Source: Moniliella sp. 'wahieum' (Eukaryota). From it: DNA of 64,000 bases. Location of the stretch: assembly GCA_003971905.1 (NCBI GenBank), contig RSEE01000142.1:1-64000 (forward strand), written 5' to 3'. Below, piece after piece: positions 24,960 to 37,782 of the stretch (position 1 is its first letter; each line of letters opens with the position of its first letter). The notes beneath the pieces were generated by a model. It had not been told where the DNA came from. It did no database searches and saw only the letters and a program-made list of their open reading frames with translations. A program made the translations under genes and the position numbers.

Positions 24960-25869
24960 CTAGCCCATCACCGTATCCTCCGCATCGGCGGCGGAGAAAC
25001 TTTCCCTGGAGAGGTGAGACGAGGTGCGGGTCGGCCGGTCGTCTTCCGGGATGGATTCGCCCGGGGTGGGCAGTGTGGCTTGCCGCGGCGGTTGGCCCGG
25101 GAGGGAAAAGGAGCCCGAGACGCTGGACCGGCCGTGGGGGGAGCCAGCGTGGTGGATGGGGATGGTGGACACGCGCGCATGGGTGGTCGGGAGCCCGTCG
25201 TAGGCATACAAGCTACTGCCCAGCGGGCTGCCTGCGATCGAGCCACGAGGGGCACCGGGCGCGGCTGATCCGGCACCGGGTCCTGTTGGGCCGAGGGAGA
25301 GGGTGCGGGCAATGGGCGAGGACGGGCCCGGGCCCGGGAGGGTGGCGGACCGTGGCAGGGGAGGGGCGTCAAGCGGAGCCGGAGCTGCAGCCCGCGGGCT
25401 GGACGGGGAGACGGGCGCCGGTGGAGGCAAAAAGGGCGCCATCTCATCGGGGGGGAGCTCTTCGGGGCACCGACGGTGGCCGAGCCCGGCTGCTCGGCCG
25501 AGGCAAAACTAAAGCCAGCCTCAACGTGCGGCGAGGCGGGGGGGACGTCGATGGTGCCGGCGCCCAGGCTTGCGGGGTGGCGATTTGCTGGCCTACATCC
25601 GTGTCGGGAGACTGGCCGGCCTGCTTCAGCGCATAGTCGCCCGAGTCAAAGTACTTGCGCTCCTTGAGGCGCTGCTGCAGCCAGGGTTTCTTGCCGGGCA
25701 GCTTGCCGCCGTAGCGCGCCGCGAGCTGGGCCTCTTCCGCTGCAAAGGGGGCCTGGAGGGGGGGGGGGGGGGGGTGAGTGGTCGGAAGCGGGGGGGGGCA
25801 GGCGGGGACGTACGGCCATTGTGGGAGGGACGGGGTGGGGATGGGAGGGAGGGGATGGGAGGCAAGCAT
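24960..25869 (-). CDS. IGO1: Endosulfine/ARPP19 family (Igo1-like) PP2A-B55 inhibitor
   Basis: EEAQLAARYGGKLPGKKPWLQQRLKERKYFDSGDYALKQAG contains the Greatwall/Rim15 phosphosite FDSGDY. Probable intron 25753-25813. Extended Pro/Ser tail to 24960. Confidence 0.88.
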
Positions 25870-27273
25870 GGTGGGCGGATGGACTGGAGCTGGCAGGCGC
25901 GGGCCGGGGGGCGGGAGGAGGCGTGGGTGATGGGGCGGGGTGGGTGACGGGCAGCAGGGGGCGAGACAGACAGGGCAGGCAAGCTGCAAGGGCCAGCCAG
26001 CGTGCGCATGGCTTGGCTGCTGCCCGGCCGTCGCCGTGGCTGGGGGCGGTGTGGTGGGGTGCGGCGTGGTGCTGCGCCGGGCGAACAAAACGAGGCGGGA
26101 GCGTGCCAGCACGCAGCACACCGCACCCGCTGCCCCAGCGCCACTGTACGCGGGCGGCGCACGGGCCCAGCCAGCGCGTATCAATGTCCAGGACCCAGTG
26201 TGTCGCATGTCACATGTCACTGTCAGTATCAGTCCGCTGTATGCGGTTGCTGCGGCCGCTGGGGCAGCCGGGCGACAGCAGGCGGCCACTGGCAGGCGCG
26301 ATCGCATGCGACAGCGCTGGCGCAGTGCGGCCGTGCACCGAACCGATTGCATCGCATCTCGATCGCAAGAAGCCAGCAGCAGCTGCATGCACTCGTACTC
26401 AGTACTCGGACTCAGTTCTCGTACTCAGTATGCGCAACGTACTCACCCCATCAGGCATCCCAGCGTTCATTAATATGTTCATTCCCACAATCAGTGCTCA
26501 GCCGCGGCATTAAACCCCAGCGGTCCCCTGCTGCGTGCTTGGGCTGCCTTAGGTAACCCACAGTCTCGACTGCACGTTGAATTTCAGTTCGATATGCGAT
26601 GGCATCTGACATGGTGGGACCAGCACCAGCACTCGCACCAAGCAACCCCGTTTGCCGACGCTGCAGGGATCGCCCCCACGCAATCCCCGTGTGGCTGCAG
26701 CAAAACAACTCCCCAGATAGCCCACCCACATGCCTCATGCCTCCCTCCCTGACAGCCCCTCCCAGATCCCACGTCCAAGTGGGTCCGTTGGGGTTACGGT
26801 TACTGCGCCCTCTACACCTCACCGGTCACCGGTCACCGGTCACCACGCATATAATGTCCGCGATGTTTTTCGCGCAACTCCAACTGGGCCCCATGATCCA
26901 TCTGATCGATGCCAACCGCACCAACAACGTCCTCAGGTTCCAAACGCATTGCGCGTGTCTTTGGACCATGTGGAATGGTCCCACCATGTTGCGGCACTCC
27001 TACCCTGGTCCCACAGGACGGCATCGATATACCATGGCGATGGGGGGCCATTGGTTCCACCTATAGCTACGTAGAAAAGATGGGTTGTACCAACGAGACT
27101 GTATAACGTCTCCAAGTCGCGCAACGCGCAAGTGGATCTGCTGCAACCCGCTGGTCAGTCAATGTAAGTGGCGTGCACGGCCGCCGTACATTCAGCAGGC
27201 TTTTGCCACTCCCTCACTATCTGATGATGAAATCTAGAGTGATGGAATTCTGATAGTCCTCCAAGGTGGTGCA

Positions 27274-27472
27274 CGCACTAGTGGTGGTAGTGGTGGACTA
27301 GTCAGCCAACCAACCACGCCTACTTACAGAAGAACTCGACCATCAAGTAGCCAGTCACCACCAGAGGCTAGGCTGCAGGCCAGGGAAAACAGAAGCGAGA
27401 CAACAACGCAATGACTCCTATAGGCCTGAGGCCTGAGGCCTGAGGAGAGACTGAAGGAACAGTTGGCCAAAA
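27274..27472 (+). repeat. Dispersed repeat copy 2 (homologous to 20572-20733)
   Basis: See copy 1. This copy carries (AGGCCTG)x3 at 27422-27441. Confidence 0.75.
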
Positions 27473-28518
27473 CACCGAAGCCACCAACACTATCCCAATG
27501 TCCGTGTGGATTGCCGGCAAGTCAGTCGCACTAGCAACTGTTGGCTCCGAGATCTGAGTACTCGGCGTCCGTCCGTCGCAACTGCACTGGGACAAAGATA
27601 GAGTCCACCTGGAAAAGGTTTGCTAGTACGAACGGTAATTATCCCGAGATCGTGCAGGCCATGCGCAAGCATCATCATTGATGCCTCGGGGCCTTATGGG
27701 CCTCATCATGGACTAGGCCAACTCCCAACCTACTATATATTGAAGCAACAACAAATGTGACCTCTTTTGCTCTGCTCGTCCGGCCAATAAGCCGAGACTG
27801 ACGTTCCTAGATTCTGAGCGACGTGGTAAGGGCAGTAGCCAGCATGCAGCGGGGTAGAAAAAAGGAAGGCGCTAAGGGTCAAACCTAAGGTCAGGAACGG
27901 AAGGAGGAGATAGAAAGGACGTCGGAGGCCAGTGCAAGATAGGAGGAAATCCTACTGCGCGTGGCGCTGGCATCACAAAAGTCCATTAGTGTGAGTGTGA
28001 CATCACATGTGATGTGGGTGGTGGCTGCCAGAGGCTGTCTGCGACCCTAGGTTTCAGTCGAAACACCAACAACGCAACAGTCCTCACTAGGTCTGAGGTC
28101 GGAGGCTACATGTTACATTGACAGCCTACTAAGGGACTACCGGTGGTAATCGGCAAAACGGTTCTGAGCCTATAGGCCATGGGTGAGGCAGCTCAGATCA
28201 CTGGGGCTCTACGGCAATTCCAAGTTCCTGTCGAACTCACTCGGCCCTGTCTAGCCCCCATAGCACAACTTTGCTCGGCGTGCTCAGGCTGAGCCCTGAA
28301 GCTCAGGCTGAACCAACTCCACACTAGGGAAGGAAGACAACAGTATGCGACATATAGCACTTCATGGCCATGCGCACCATGCATCCTGCATCCTGCATCC
28401 TGCATCCTACTTCCTACTTTCTACTTCCTACTTACGCCATCCCCGTCCTAGCCGGCGGCTCCGGTGTGCACGACGTGCACGATGGACAAGCATCTTTGCC
28501 AACAACAACAGTAGTGTA

Positions 28519-30562
28519 CTAGGCGGGCCGGCCACCAAGCGGGTGCAGGCTGGTACAATGGCGGTCACTTATAACCGCATGACAGGGGGGGGGGGGGCAA
28601 GGAAGAAACCCCAGCGCTTGGGGCAAAGGCAAACGTGGAGCCGGAGGGCCGACAGACCGGCGCCGACTACCTCCGTGCGCGTAGCGGCGACGACTTGGGC
28701 TTCGCCTTGGACTTGGGCGAGAGGCGGGGCGGGGCAGAGGCAGTGGGTGTAGCGGTGGCAGTGGCCAAGCCGAGCAACGCGTCGACTGCCGCGCCGTCCT
28801 GGTCGCCGGACCCGGTGCGGGCGGGTGCGCTGGTGCCGGCGCCCCGAGCGGAATCCAAGCTGACAGGGGCGGCGGCTTGCGCATCAGCGGCCTCCGTTCC
28901 AGCCGGCTCGGGGGGGGGCAGGAGGACGAGGGTATCAATGTCGACGGGTTCGGGTCGGTCCAAAGCCGGCCAAGCAGGCGCGGAGATGGTCCATGCGTGC
29001 GCCGGGACCGGAAGGGCTTGTTCAGCGCGTCGCAGGGCCACTTCGGCGTCCTCGTTGTGGCCCGGGGTGTGGAGGTAGAGACAGGCGAGGTTGAACCACG
29101 GTTCGGGCAACGACGGTCCGCGCTGCGCGGCCTGGGCCAGCGCAAACAAACTGTCTCGGTTTGGTTCGTGCGGTAGTAAGCACGCCAATCGCGTTCCAGA
29201 TGCGCGCATCCTGAGGCGCGAGGCGAATGGCCTGTTGGTACGCGGCAAACGCTTCGGTCACCTGTCCTGCAGCGCGTACAGATCGCCAGAGAGGTAGGCC
29301 GTGCGTGCGTCCAGGTCTTTGCCTTCCTCCGTGTCGAGGGACCAGCAAACTGGACGGCTTCAATGTGTTTGCGTGCGCGGTCCAAGTCGAGCAGGCCGGC
29401 GTAGCGCGAAAGGTAGAGCGAGGCGAGGGCTTGGTGCGCTTGGACCTTGATCGCCCGTGGAGCCTGCAGCGCGCGCTCCCACGCGTCCTGAGCCGAGGCA
29501 AAGTCCTCTGCAAGCGCATACACTCTCCCCAGCTCGAGGTACACCTCCCCGACCCGCCGGCGCAGGCGGGCGTCAACGAGCAAAAGAAAAGCGCGTGCGC
29601 TCTCGGGGTACAGACCTTGTTGCCGATAAATTAAGCCCAGACGATATAGAGCACCTCGGAAAGGTGGCGGAAGCGTTGGGGGCTGGTAAGTACTTGGCGT
29701 ATCCTTTCCTCCTCTCTGTCCTCCGAATTCACCGCAACGGCCACCACGCGTTCCAGCGCCTGTTGAGCGTACTCTAGCGAGCCATACCGCTCATACAGGA
29801 TGCCAATCGGGTACCACAGTTCGGGCAGATTAGGGTCGGGAAGCAAACGGAGCGCATGCTGGTACGCTTCGTACGCCTGCTCCAGCTGGTCGAGGGCGAG
29901 ATAGGCGTCGCCCATGGTTTGGTACGTCGCGCCTTCGTTGGGGTCGAGGGAGAGGGCGGTGTGGAGGGCAGTCAGAGCGTCGTCCGGTTGCTGGCCAAGA
30001 TCGAGGTAAACGCGCCCGAGAAGACGGTAGGCGGGAGCCGAGTTGGGGTCGTGTTGCAGCGCATGCTGCAGAGCCAAGGCATCCTTGGGTGCCTCCTCGC
30101 CTCCGACCGCGACAATGGCAGAAGCAATGGCGAGCCAGGCGTCGGCGTTGGCACGAACCAGTTGTTGCTTCAGCTGGACCACGGGACTTGAAGTGGAGGC
30201 AGGGCCGGGAGGAGGTAAGGTAGGGCCAGGGCTACGATCAAGGGGGGCCGGGGCCGAGGCCGGGGCCGGGAGGAGGAGCCGGGGGGAGGGAAGTACATGT
30301 GGTGTGGGGGCAGCGGGGCCGGAGGCGGGCGGGAGGGGAGAGGGCCGGAGCGATGCAGGGCGCCCGGAGGCCTCCGAGGGGGGAGGGAGCGGCATGGACA
30401 TGGGCAGCCGGGAGGCGGCATGGCGGCAAAGGGCATGGCGGGCACTGCGCCGGGCGGGAGGGGCGGCGGGTAGGGCGAGTAGGCGGGGGGTAGGGCGGAT
30501 AGGGGGGGGCGCAGGGGGGGCGGGGCGCGGTCGGAGTAGCGGGGGGGAGCGTAGTAGGCCAT
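28519..30562 (-). CDS. Ssn6/Cyc8-like TPR corepressor (divergent; frameshifted; 3' end approximate)
   Basis: Pro-rich N-terminus, then a TPR array: ANADAWLAIA, QAYEAYQHALRLLPDPNLPELWYPIGILYERYGSLEYAQQALERV, AFAAYQQAI, DARIWNAIGVL, PEPWFNLACLY. Confidence 0.78.
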
Positions 30563-31391
30563 GGCGGCGGGGCGGCGGAGACGAGCGGGCGGGTAGGGGG
30601 CGGGGGGGGACAGCAGGTGGGGGGGGCGACGGGGCGAGGGTGGAAGCCGGTGGAAGCGGGAGCGATGGCGGTCACCGGTCACCCGTCTCAGCGCAAGGGG
30701 AGCGCCGGTCGCCGGCTATTCTGGGCAGTATGCAGGCGCCCTGGCGCCAGGCGCTCAGGCTCAGGCACGCACCCATCGGCAGCTGACGTGTGACATGGGA
30801 CGTGGGATGCATGTGACGCTGTGACGGCATCCTGGGTACCCACACGCTGCTCGCACAGCACAACCCAGCCGGCCGCCGCCGCAGTGCCGCCGCGTGCCGC
30901 GTGCTGCGCGGGGCGCCGCACAACGACATAGCGCTCCGTGCGGCGGGCGATGCGATGCAGATGCAGCTGCAGCAGAGCAAGTGCTCCCTCGGTTGAATGG
31001 CCAGCATCCCACAGACGCCGCCTGAGACGCGGCGCCAGAGCGGCTCATCCATCAGCGCTCAGCCAGCGCTGACCAGCACGCATCACGCGTCCCAGCCTGC
31101 TCGCTTCCTCGCCCAGCGCCCAGCGGCCTGGGATGCATCATGCATCCCATGGTGCATCCCATCCTGCGTGTCACGCGTCACGCATGCACTCGAACATCAT
31201 GCATCAAGCACCACATATCACGCATCATGCATCCCACGGCATGGGATCCGCGTCTCAACCGCCTCCGCGCCTCCGCGCCTCAGCCTGAGTACTGTACTGA
31301 GTCATTCCGCTGGCTGTGCGCTGCTGTCGCCGACCAGCCCCGACAGGCGCCGACGACGTTACTCGATCGATTTGGATCGGTGATCACGATC

Positions 31392-31475
31392 ATCGATCAT
31401 CGATCATCGATCAACCATGCACGACTCTCCCCGCTTGGCTCTGCACGCTTCAAGCTTCAAGCTTCAAGCTTCAAG
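31392..31475. repeat. Adjacent (ATCGAT-C)x3 and (AAGCTT-C)x3 heptamer arrays
   Basis: Arrays at 31392-31411 and 31452-31471. Confidence 0.9.
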
Positions 31476-31869
31476 CCGCACAGGCACACCCTGCCCAGGC
31501 ACAGTGCGGCGGTGCCTGATGCATGATGCTCGGCTGCTGGCGTCTCCACTGGCCAGCTGCGGCGCTGGCCGATGACTGGCCCTGGGCCAGCCACGCACGA
31601 CAGGCGTGCAGTCACTTGGCTAGTCATTATATAGTCACTTGGCTAGTCAGCGCTCCGCTGGGCTGGCCATCTCTTTCTGAGGCCATTTAGGGTTATCCAT
31701 AATCCCTCAGGGCAATGGCTGGGATTCCCCAGCCCCACCCCCAGCACGTCCACGTTTAACGTTTACCGGTTACCACGGTAGTCGCGCTGCAGAAGGTACC
31801 CTTGGGCCATTCTCCCGTTGCACCCTTGGCGTCGAGACGCTGCATCTCTATGTAATGCATGTGCATATC

Positions 31870-31911
31870 ACGCATCACGCATCATGCATCATGCATCATG
31901 CATCATGCATC
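31870..31911. repeat. (ATGCAT-C) heptamer array
   Basis: Four perfect units at 31884-31910, preceded by two ACGCATC variants. Confidence 0.9.
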
Positions 31912-32100
31912 ATGTAACATGGAACGGCCATCAATTTTACGTACCCAGGACCAAATGAACTCTTGGCTCGGATGGTAAATGAGCTGCCGGACTCCCGGTC
32001 GGCAGCAGCAGAGACACGTGCTCACTCCAGGCTCCTTGAAGCTTGAGAGTTAAGATCTTGTTCAGTTAGCTTACCTACTCAGAAGGTTTCCTTTTCCTCT

Positions 32101-32250
32101 TGTAGCATCGCCTGTATTTGCCCTCCCACCACCTGTATCTCGCTCCCGCTTATCCTCGATACTCCTCCTCTCCCTCTCCGCTGTATCCGCTGTCTGTACC
32201 GTACAGACTGTTGTGTCGCGATTGCGCTCTGGCATACTTGCGGCGCTACA
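32101..32250 (-). mobile_element. Candidate 150-bp solo LTR
   Basis: TG...CA termini with an imperfect terminal inverted repeat TGTAGCATCGC / GCGGCGCTACA (9/11). The flanks CCTCT / CCATT match only partly. Confidence 0.4.
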
Positions 32251-33085
32251 CCATTCCCATATCGAAAGCGAAACCATCTACTCCATCGCATGTCACATGT
32301 CCCACCTTTCCAAGAACGCCTCATGTCGGATCGGAACAGGTCTGTCGCTATTAGCCAACGAGCGGCGGCATGTGGTACTTCGCACAAATGCCCATGTCGA
32401 ACGAGAGAGCTAATAGGCATGGTACACGTGTCCGTCCATCTATTCCTTGTCTCCGTCTACAGAAGCGATGGGATGAGTAGCATACTGTTGACCCCATTCA
32501 GTCACAAGACGAATGAGGCAGAAGGCAGTGGACGACGTAGCCGACACTCATGTAAGAACCAATAAGTGTCCTGTCACTCCAAGCGATGACGATGACCGGG
32601 TGGAGTGGATGGGTAGTAATTAGGTTGATTAAGCCAGTGCCGTGGAAACCAGAGACAATGCTGTCACAGGCCTTGCTAGCGATGCTAGCGATGCTGGCGA
32701 TGAGGGATGAAGATGGCATTCGAGAGCTAAGGAGAGCTAGAGCTATGGGCCTTGATAGGCTCCTGGCCTGGAGGCCAATGGAAACCCGTGGAAGGTCCGG
32801 AACTCACTGCCCTGGTGCACTGTGTGCATCGGGCCACGTGTCACTGAAGGCCGATGGTCTCTGGACCACTGGTGGTCAACAAATGCTACAGAATGCCAAC
32901 ATGCTACTTGACGGACGGTGGAGAGGGTCCAATGAATATATATGACGGTAGCATGCATACAGGAGGGGGGGTGGATCAAGTCCGGTTGATGAAGAGCGGA
33001 GAAGGAAACACAAGTGTGCATGCGGCGTGCACGAGTGCTGGAATGCTTGAAACATGCGACGAGCCAGGAGGTTCTGGACCGAGAG

Positions 33086-34686
33086 TCATACCAGAGCCAG
33101 CAAAGTTGGGGTAACAACCGTCGTGCCTGGCTCAATCGCGGGCGGTGGGGTGTGGAGAGCGGCAAACGCAAAGTCAGGGTAGGTAGGGGGGGTGCAGAAC
33201 GCAACCCCGGTGGGGAGGGGAAAAAACGGGTTGGCGGTAGAGGAGCGGGTAGAGTTTAGAGGAGTAGGCATAGCCGGCCGTACACCATCTCTGCACCACG
33301 GTGCATCGAGCGACTTGAGCAATGGGGAAAAGTCGAGCGGGGCCGTCGTTTGGTCGTGATGGCTCTGGTGGGCACAAGCGTGCAGCTGGGCCGCAGAAAC
33401 GTGGACTTGCCTTGAGGGTAGGGAGCAGGCAGGCGATTGGGGGGTCACCTGTTCCTCCCACGGGTCAGTTGACAACGACAAGTAGGTATACGGGGTGTAG
33501 GGGGTATTGAGGGTGGCGCTGTCCCACATCAGAATCGGCGATCTAACGGAAGGACAAAGAGGGCGAGGGATGGGCACCGAGGGGACAGAGTTCAAAGGAG
33601 TTGGCTGGCGCAAGGGAAAGGGAGGTTGCAATCTCGGAGGGTAGAGGGAAAGTCTGCAGCGGAGAGACAGCCCGATATAGACCGCCGATGGAGGGGCGGC
33701 ACAGGGGAGAAAGGCTGGGGGGCAATATTGTAGTGACTGTGAAGCTGATAAGAGACGCACTCAAGGGGGGTCATTGGAGGGGTGCTCCGTAGTTCATCCT
33801 CCGAGGCTTGGAGGCGCGCACATGCTTCCTTCCTCTCGGTGGTGAGAGCTTGGAGGCGGTGGGACCAGTTGTCAAATTGTTCCGTTGGCACGAACACCGT
33901 CATGCCCAGTCCACACCACAACTCCCGCTCGGCATGGGTAAGGGTAGCAAGGGGGATGGCGCCCATCTGGGACCAGGTTTTGGTGGTGTAGGTGTTGTCG
34001 TCCAAGTACTTGTTGGCCAGCATGAGGGATACGATGGCGGCGCAGTACTCCGACCCGGACGCATAACGCCAATCTGGTTGGCGCGCCTCGAAACGATAGA
34101 GGAAGTAGAGGGCCAAAAGCACCGTAGAGGTGGAGAGCTGGGTGGTGCGCAGAATCTTGCGCACAAAACTGATAAAGTCAGGGGCGGGGTGTAAACGTCT
34201 CTGTTGTATCTCCCGTCGCAGCGGAGCGGACACAGACCCGGGGAAGGCTTCGGTTGCCAGCGACGAGGGACGGGAAACAGACACAGGCGAAGTGGCAGCG
34301 GAAGAGACCAGGGGGGGGGGGGCGTACCAGAGGTAGCAGGTGAGATTGGCGAACCACTCAGCACGGGGGCAGAGTGCCGGACTCGGTGCAGCGTCGACGC
34401 TTGGGAGGACTGGGGCGAACGTCCAAAGAGAGGGCTGAAGCAGCAGGGGTAGCAGCAGCCGCGATGGCAGCCGCTGGGAGGAGCATTTGAACGCCGGCTG
34501 CCAGAGACGGGCGGTGCGTGGGTGACTTGGGCAGCTCGGACAGCGGTGGCGGAAGGGATGGGGGGGTGAGGCGGTGAGGCGGGGCGATCGACGTCCGCTT
34601 TCGCTTCAAGGGATGGGCGGTTCCGTGAGCAGCAAGGGAGACATGGGAGAGGCAGAGGCCAGCGGTGGGGGCGCGGATGTGAGCAT
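33086..34686 (-). CDS. Clg1/Pcl-type (Pho85) cyclin
   Basis: Cyclin box FISFVRKILRTTQLSTSTVLLALYFLYRF...GSEYCAAIVSLMLANKYLDDNTYTTKTWSQM...ERE. TATA-like ATATAAATAAAA at ~34770-34781 (-). Confidence 0.82.
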
Positions 34687-36457
34687 GGATACGCTTGAAG
34701 CCTGAGACCTGAAAGTAAATGGGGGGGCGGCAGGGGTAGGATGGGCCGGACAAGGAACGGGGGGTGGGATTTTTATTTATATCGATTGGAGGTGGGATGG
34801 GGTGCAGAAGCAGGACGCAGCTAGTCACGCGTGGCTGCGTCGCGATGAATCGCAGACATCGATCATCATGCATCATGCATCATGAATCATGCATCATGCA
34901 TGGATGTTGACTGTGCTGGTGTGGGACCTTGTGGCCTGTGTGACTGGACGCGAGACATGGGGGTGCGAGGGGCGTGGGAGCGGTGTGGGATGAGCGACTG
35001 AATTTAAATGATACTATGTACAGTGTCGGCCTGCAGTTTCAAGCTTCACGCCCCTCTGTCTTGGATTGCCTGGCTCTCCGATCTGAGATCGTGAGATCCG
35101 ACGCGTGACGCACGACTGCCGCGTGGAGAAGGAAGGGCAAAGAGGATCGATGAGGCTGAGGTTGATCAAGTCGATGAAGTCGACGAAGCTTGAAGCTTGA
35201 AGCTTCAAGCCCTTCAATGCCTCATCTGTATCCCTGCATAGCATCCCTGAATAGCATTTTAGGTTGTACTCGCAGCCCTACATGTTCGCACAGTGTGCGC
35301 AACACACGTATATACTCGTAAAGCGGTAAACCATCGCCTAAAGCGTAACATGTAACACACGTATACAAAACGCGATATCGCGTAGTGCGTAACGCGCAGT
35401 ATCTATACTCGCACAATGATTAAAGAATTGAACGGAAGACAATTTAGGCCTTGGGTAGAACTTAGACCGAAAAAACCTAAGCCGGTAACCAACAGTAATT
35501 GATAACCGGCAACCGAACAAATCCTAGCATCGGGGGGACGCACGTAGTACTAAAGTACCCCTCTATGCGTGCATCTTATTATCATCGGGATCGATCGACG
35601 ATCGGCCACTGGCTCAGCGCTCATGCGCTCATCGATCATCTCAAAATTCGTCCGGAAGGTCGCGTAGCATTAATTGCTGTGCGTTTTTTATGCGTCTAAG
35701 TAGATATATACCAGGTGTACTAAGTAGTGCGTATACCGGTTACCGCGCGGTTAGCTGATGAAGAACCCTTCTCCATCCAAATAAGCGAGCGTCACGCGTT
35801 CGGCGCCACGAGTCAGCGACTCCGAAAGGTCGTGCAGGGGAGCCGTAGCACTATTAATATACCCGCAGGCCTCTTTCACAGATCTCACATTGCAGGACAC
35901 GCATACTTCTCCTGTCGTCACCTTCTCGTGCGTTAAATCCACAGCAATTGCAAAAATGCTACAAGGACATGAGAAACACGTCGCCCCCCTGACCGTTCGC
36001 TGAGAGAAGAAGAACCGACCATCATAAAAGATGATTGATGATTATTGATGGCGGATCCGGAAAGCTATTGAGGCGATGAGAAGAGATGAGAACACCACTT
36101 AATCATAGGGTCCGCTCTCGCGTTGGGTGGCAAGAGAAGTTGTGCATAATAAGCACCGGACCAGACAAGACCATATCATTGCCCCCGTATATATAGTCCT
36201 AGAAGGGCGTTGGGTCAGGAAAGGTGATGCAGGCAATAACAGGGCCGAGAAGGTCTTGTCACTGGAAAACTCAACTCTCGTAGGAGTGCAGTGGAATACG
36301 GGAGGATCGTATACGGATCAGACTGTGGATATTGAGTTCGACAGAAGCCGTTGTGCCCTGTCGAAGAGATGCTGGACTTCGACGGCCCACATAATGGCTG
36401 CCCGCCAGTTTAGAGGAAGCTGGAAAACCAAAAAGTATATAACGGACTACAGGCACG

Positions 36458-36585
36458 TGTAGCGACGTACCACGTCAGGCAGACGGGGCAGTCTGGACTA
36501 CCAAAAGCAGATGAGAGAGAATGAGAGGTAACGAGTTGAGCGACGAGGTGGGCGGTGGTAGGGGAGAACAGAGGAATGCGCCACA
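36458..36585 (+). mobile_element. Degenerate solo-LTR-like remnant
   Basis: Starts TGTAGCGACGT and ends GCGCCACA. Shares an internal block with the minus-strand 2930-2950. Confidence 0.35.
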
Positions 36586-37782
36586 GGGGTGTCTACTATA
36601 CGAGCGGCTTGCAACAATTGGAACGATGTGGAGGCGCCACGGATAGGACGCGCGGCGCAGGCTAAGCCTAAAACAAACCTCTAACTAGGGCAGTCCCACT
36701 CACGACGACCACGGTGCAACACACGCTTGTATTCTTGCTCGTTCCCAGCGTCTATGCCGCGTTGTCACGAGAGCCAGCGCCCCAATTTAGATTCACCTCG
36801 TCTCTGATCTGCCCGGTCGGATCTGTCAGTGGTGCTTAACGTTCAGGGTCAATCGCCGTGAAGAGGCCGTGCCAGAGCCGTCCTTCTCTAAAACGGAAGC
36901 ATCCCTGTACACTGTGGGCCGCGCCCCAGTCCTGAATTCGCCTATGCCAACCCTTTCAGGTTTGATCACCTGGCTCTGCGTGTCCGTGTGGTGTACTGTG
37001 CAACGTTTGGGGCCTGTTGTCCTTGATAAACTATGTTTTGGCGGAGAGAGAGGCCAATAACACTGGGGGTGCGGTATAGCGATGATGACTTCAAACTATG
37101 CCTTGCCCTATAACCTCGACGCATCGACGTAGATCGGGAGTCGGTATCGGCATCGAAAAGGACGATTGCTTCGTAACGCGTAAGGCCAGGTGGCGGCAGG
37201 CTCATCCTGCGCGGCTGCCTATAGAATGGTGCGGTGGATGCAGGATGGGCTTGTTGAGTAGAGCTAGTAATCCTTTTGCGGAGGTCGGCGCTGATGTCAT
37301 CGCTCGCGGTGTCTGTGCCTGGGGGCGGTTACAGGTTACCGGTTATGCATATGGTTACTGGGAGTCGCCCCCCTTAGGGCGAAGGCACGGGGGCAGCCTG
37401 CATCCTGCCTGCCGTCTTGGGTTCTGAAATTTGAAATCGCATCTTCCGTTGTGATGTCCTCCCGGCGATCCTTTTTCGCCAAAGCTGCCGCTGGTCGTGT
37501 GACCATGTGACTTGAGCGCCTGAGGGCCTGAGCGTCGCCCATCGTCGCCCATCGGCGTGCGCGCCTCGATCTGGGATCTGAGATCGGACTGCCGTCCAAC
37601 CCAAGTCGTTGCGCTGCCCAAGCACACTATTCTTCTCTCAGCAGCACGCCCTGAATTGTAGCCTCCCTTCGGCCTTCGCTTCTTTCCGTTGACTCTTCTC
37701 CCGCTCCCACTGCGCTCTCTGGTTTAATTTCTGGAGACTTGCCACGCCGTCCGCTCAGCGCTCGGCTTGCTTGCGCCCTACC

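Noticed and set aside
27214..27253. CTGATGA..GAAA as a minimal hammerhead ribozyme, or TGATGA..CTGA as a C/D snoRNA
   Set aside because: There is no stem II and no UH cleavage site after stem III. The box C to box D distance is too short for a snoRNA.
35755..35800. CTGATGA followed by a short hairpin (hammerhead-like)
   Set aside because: No GAAA core follows the stem.
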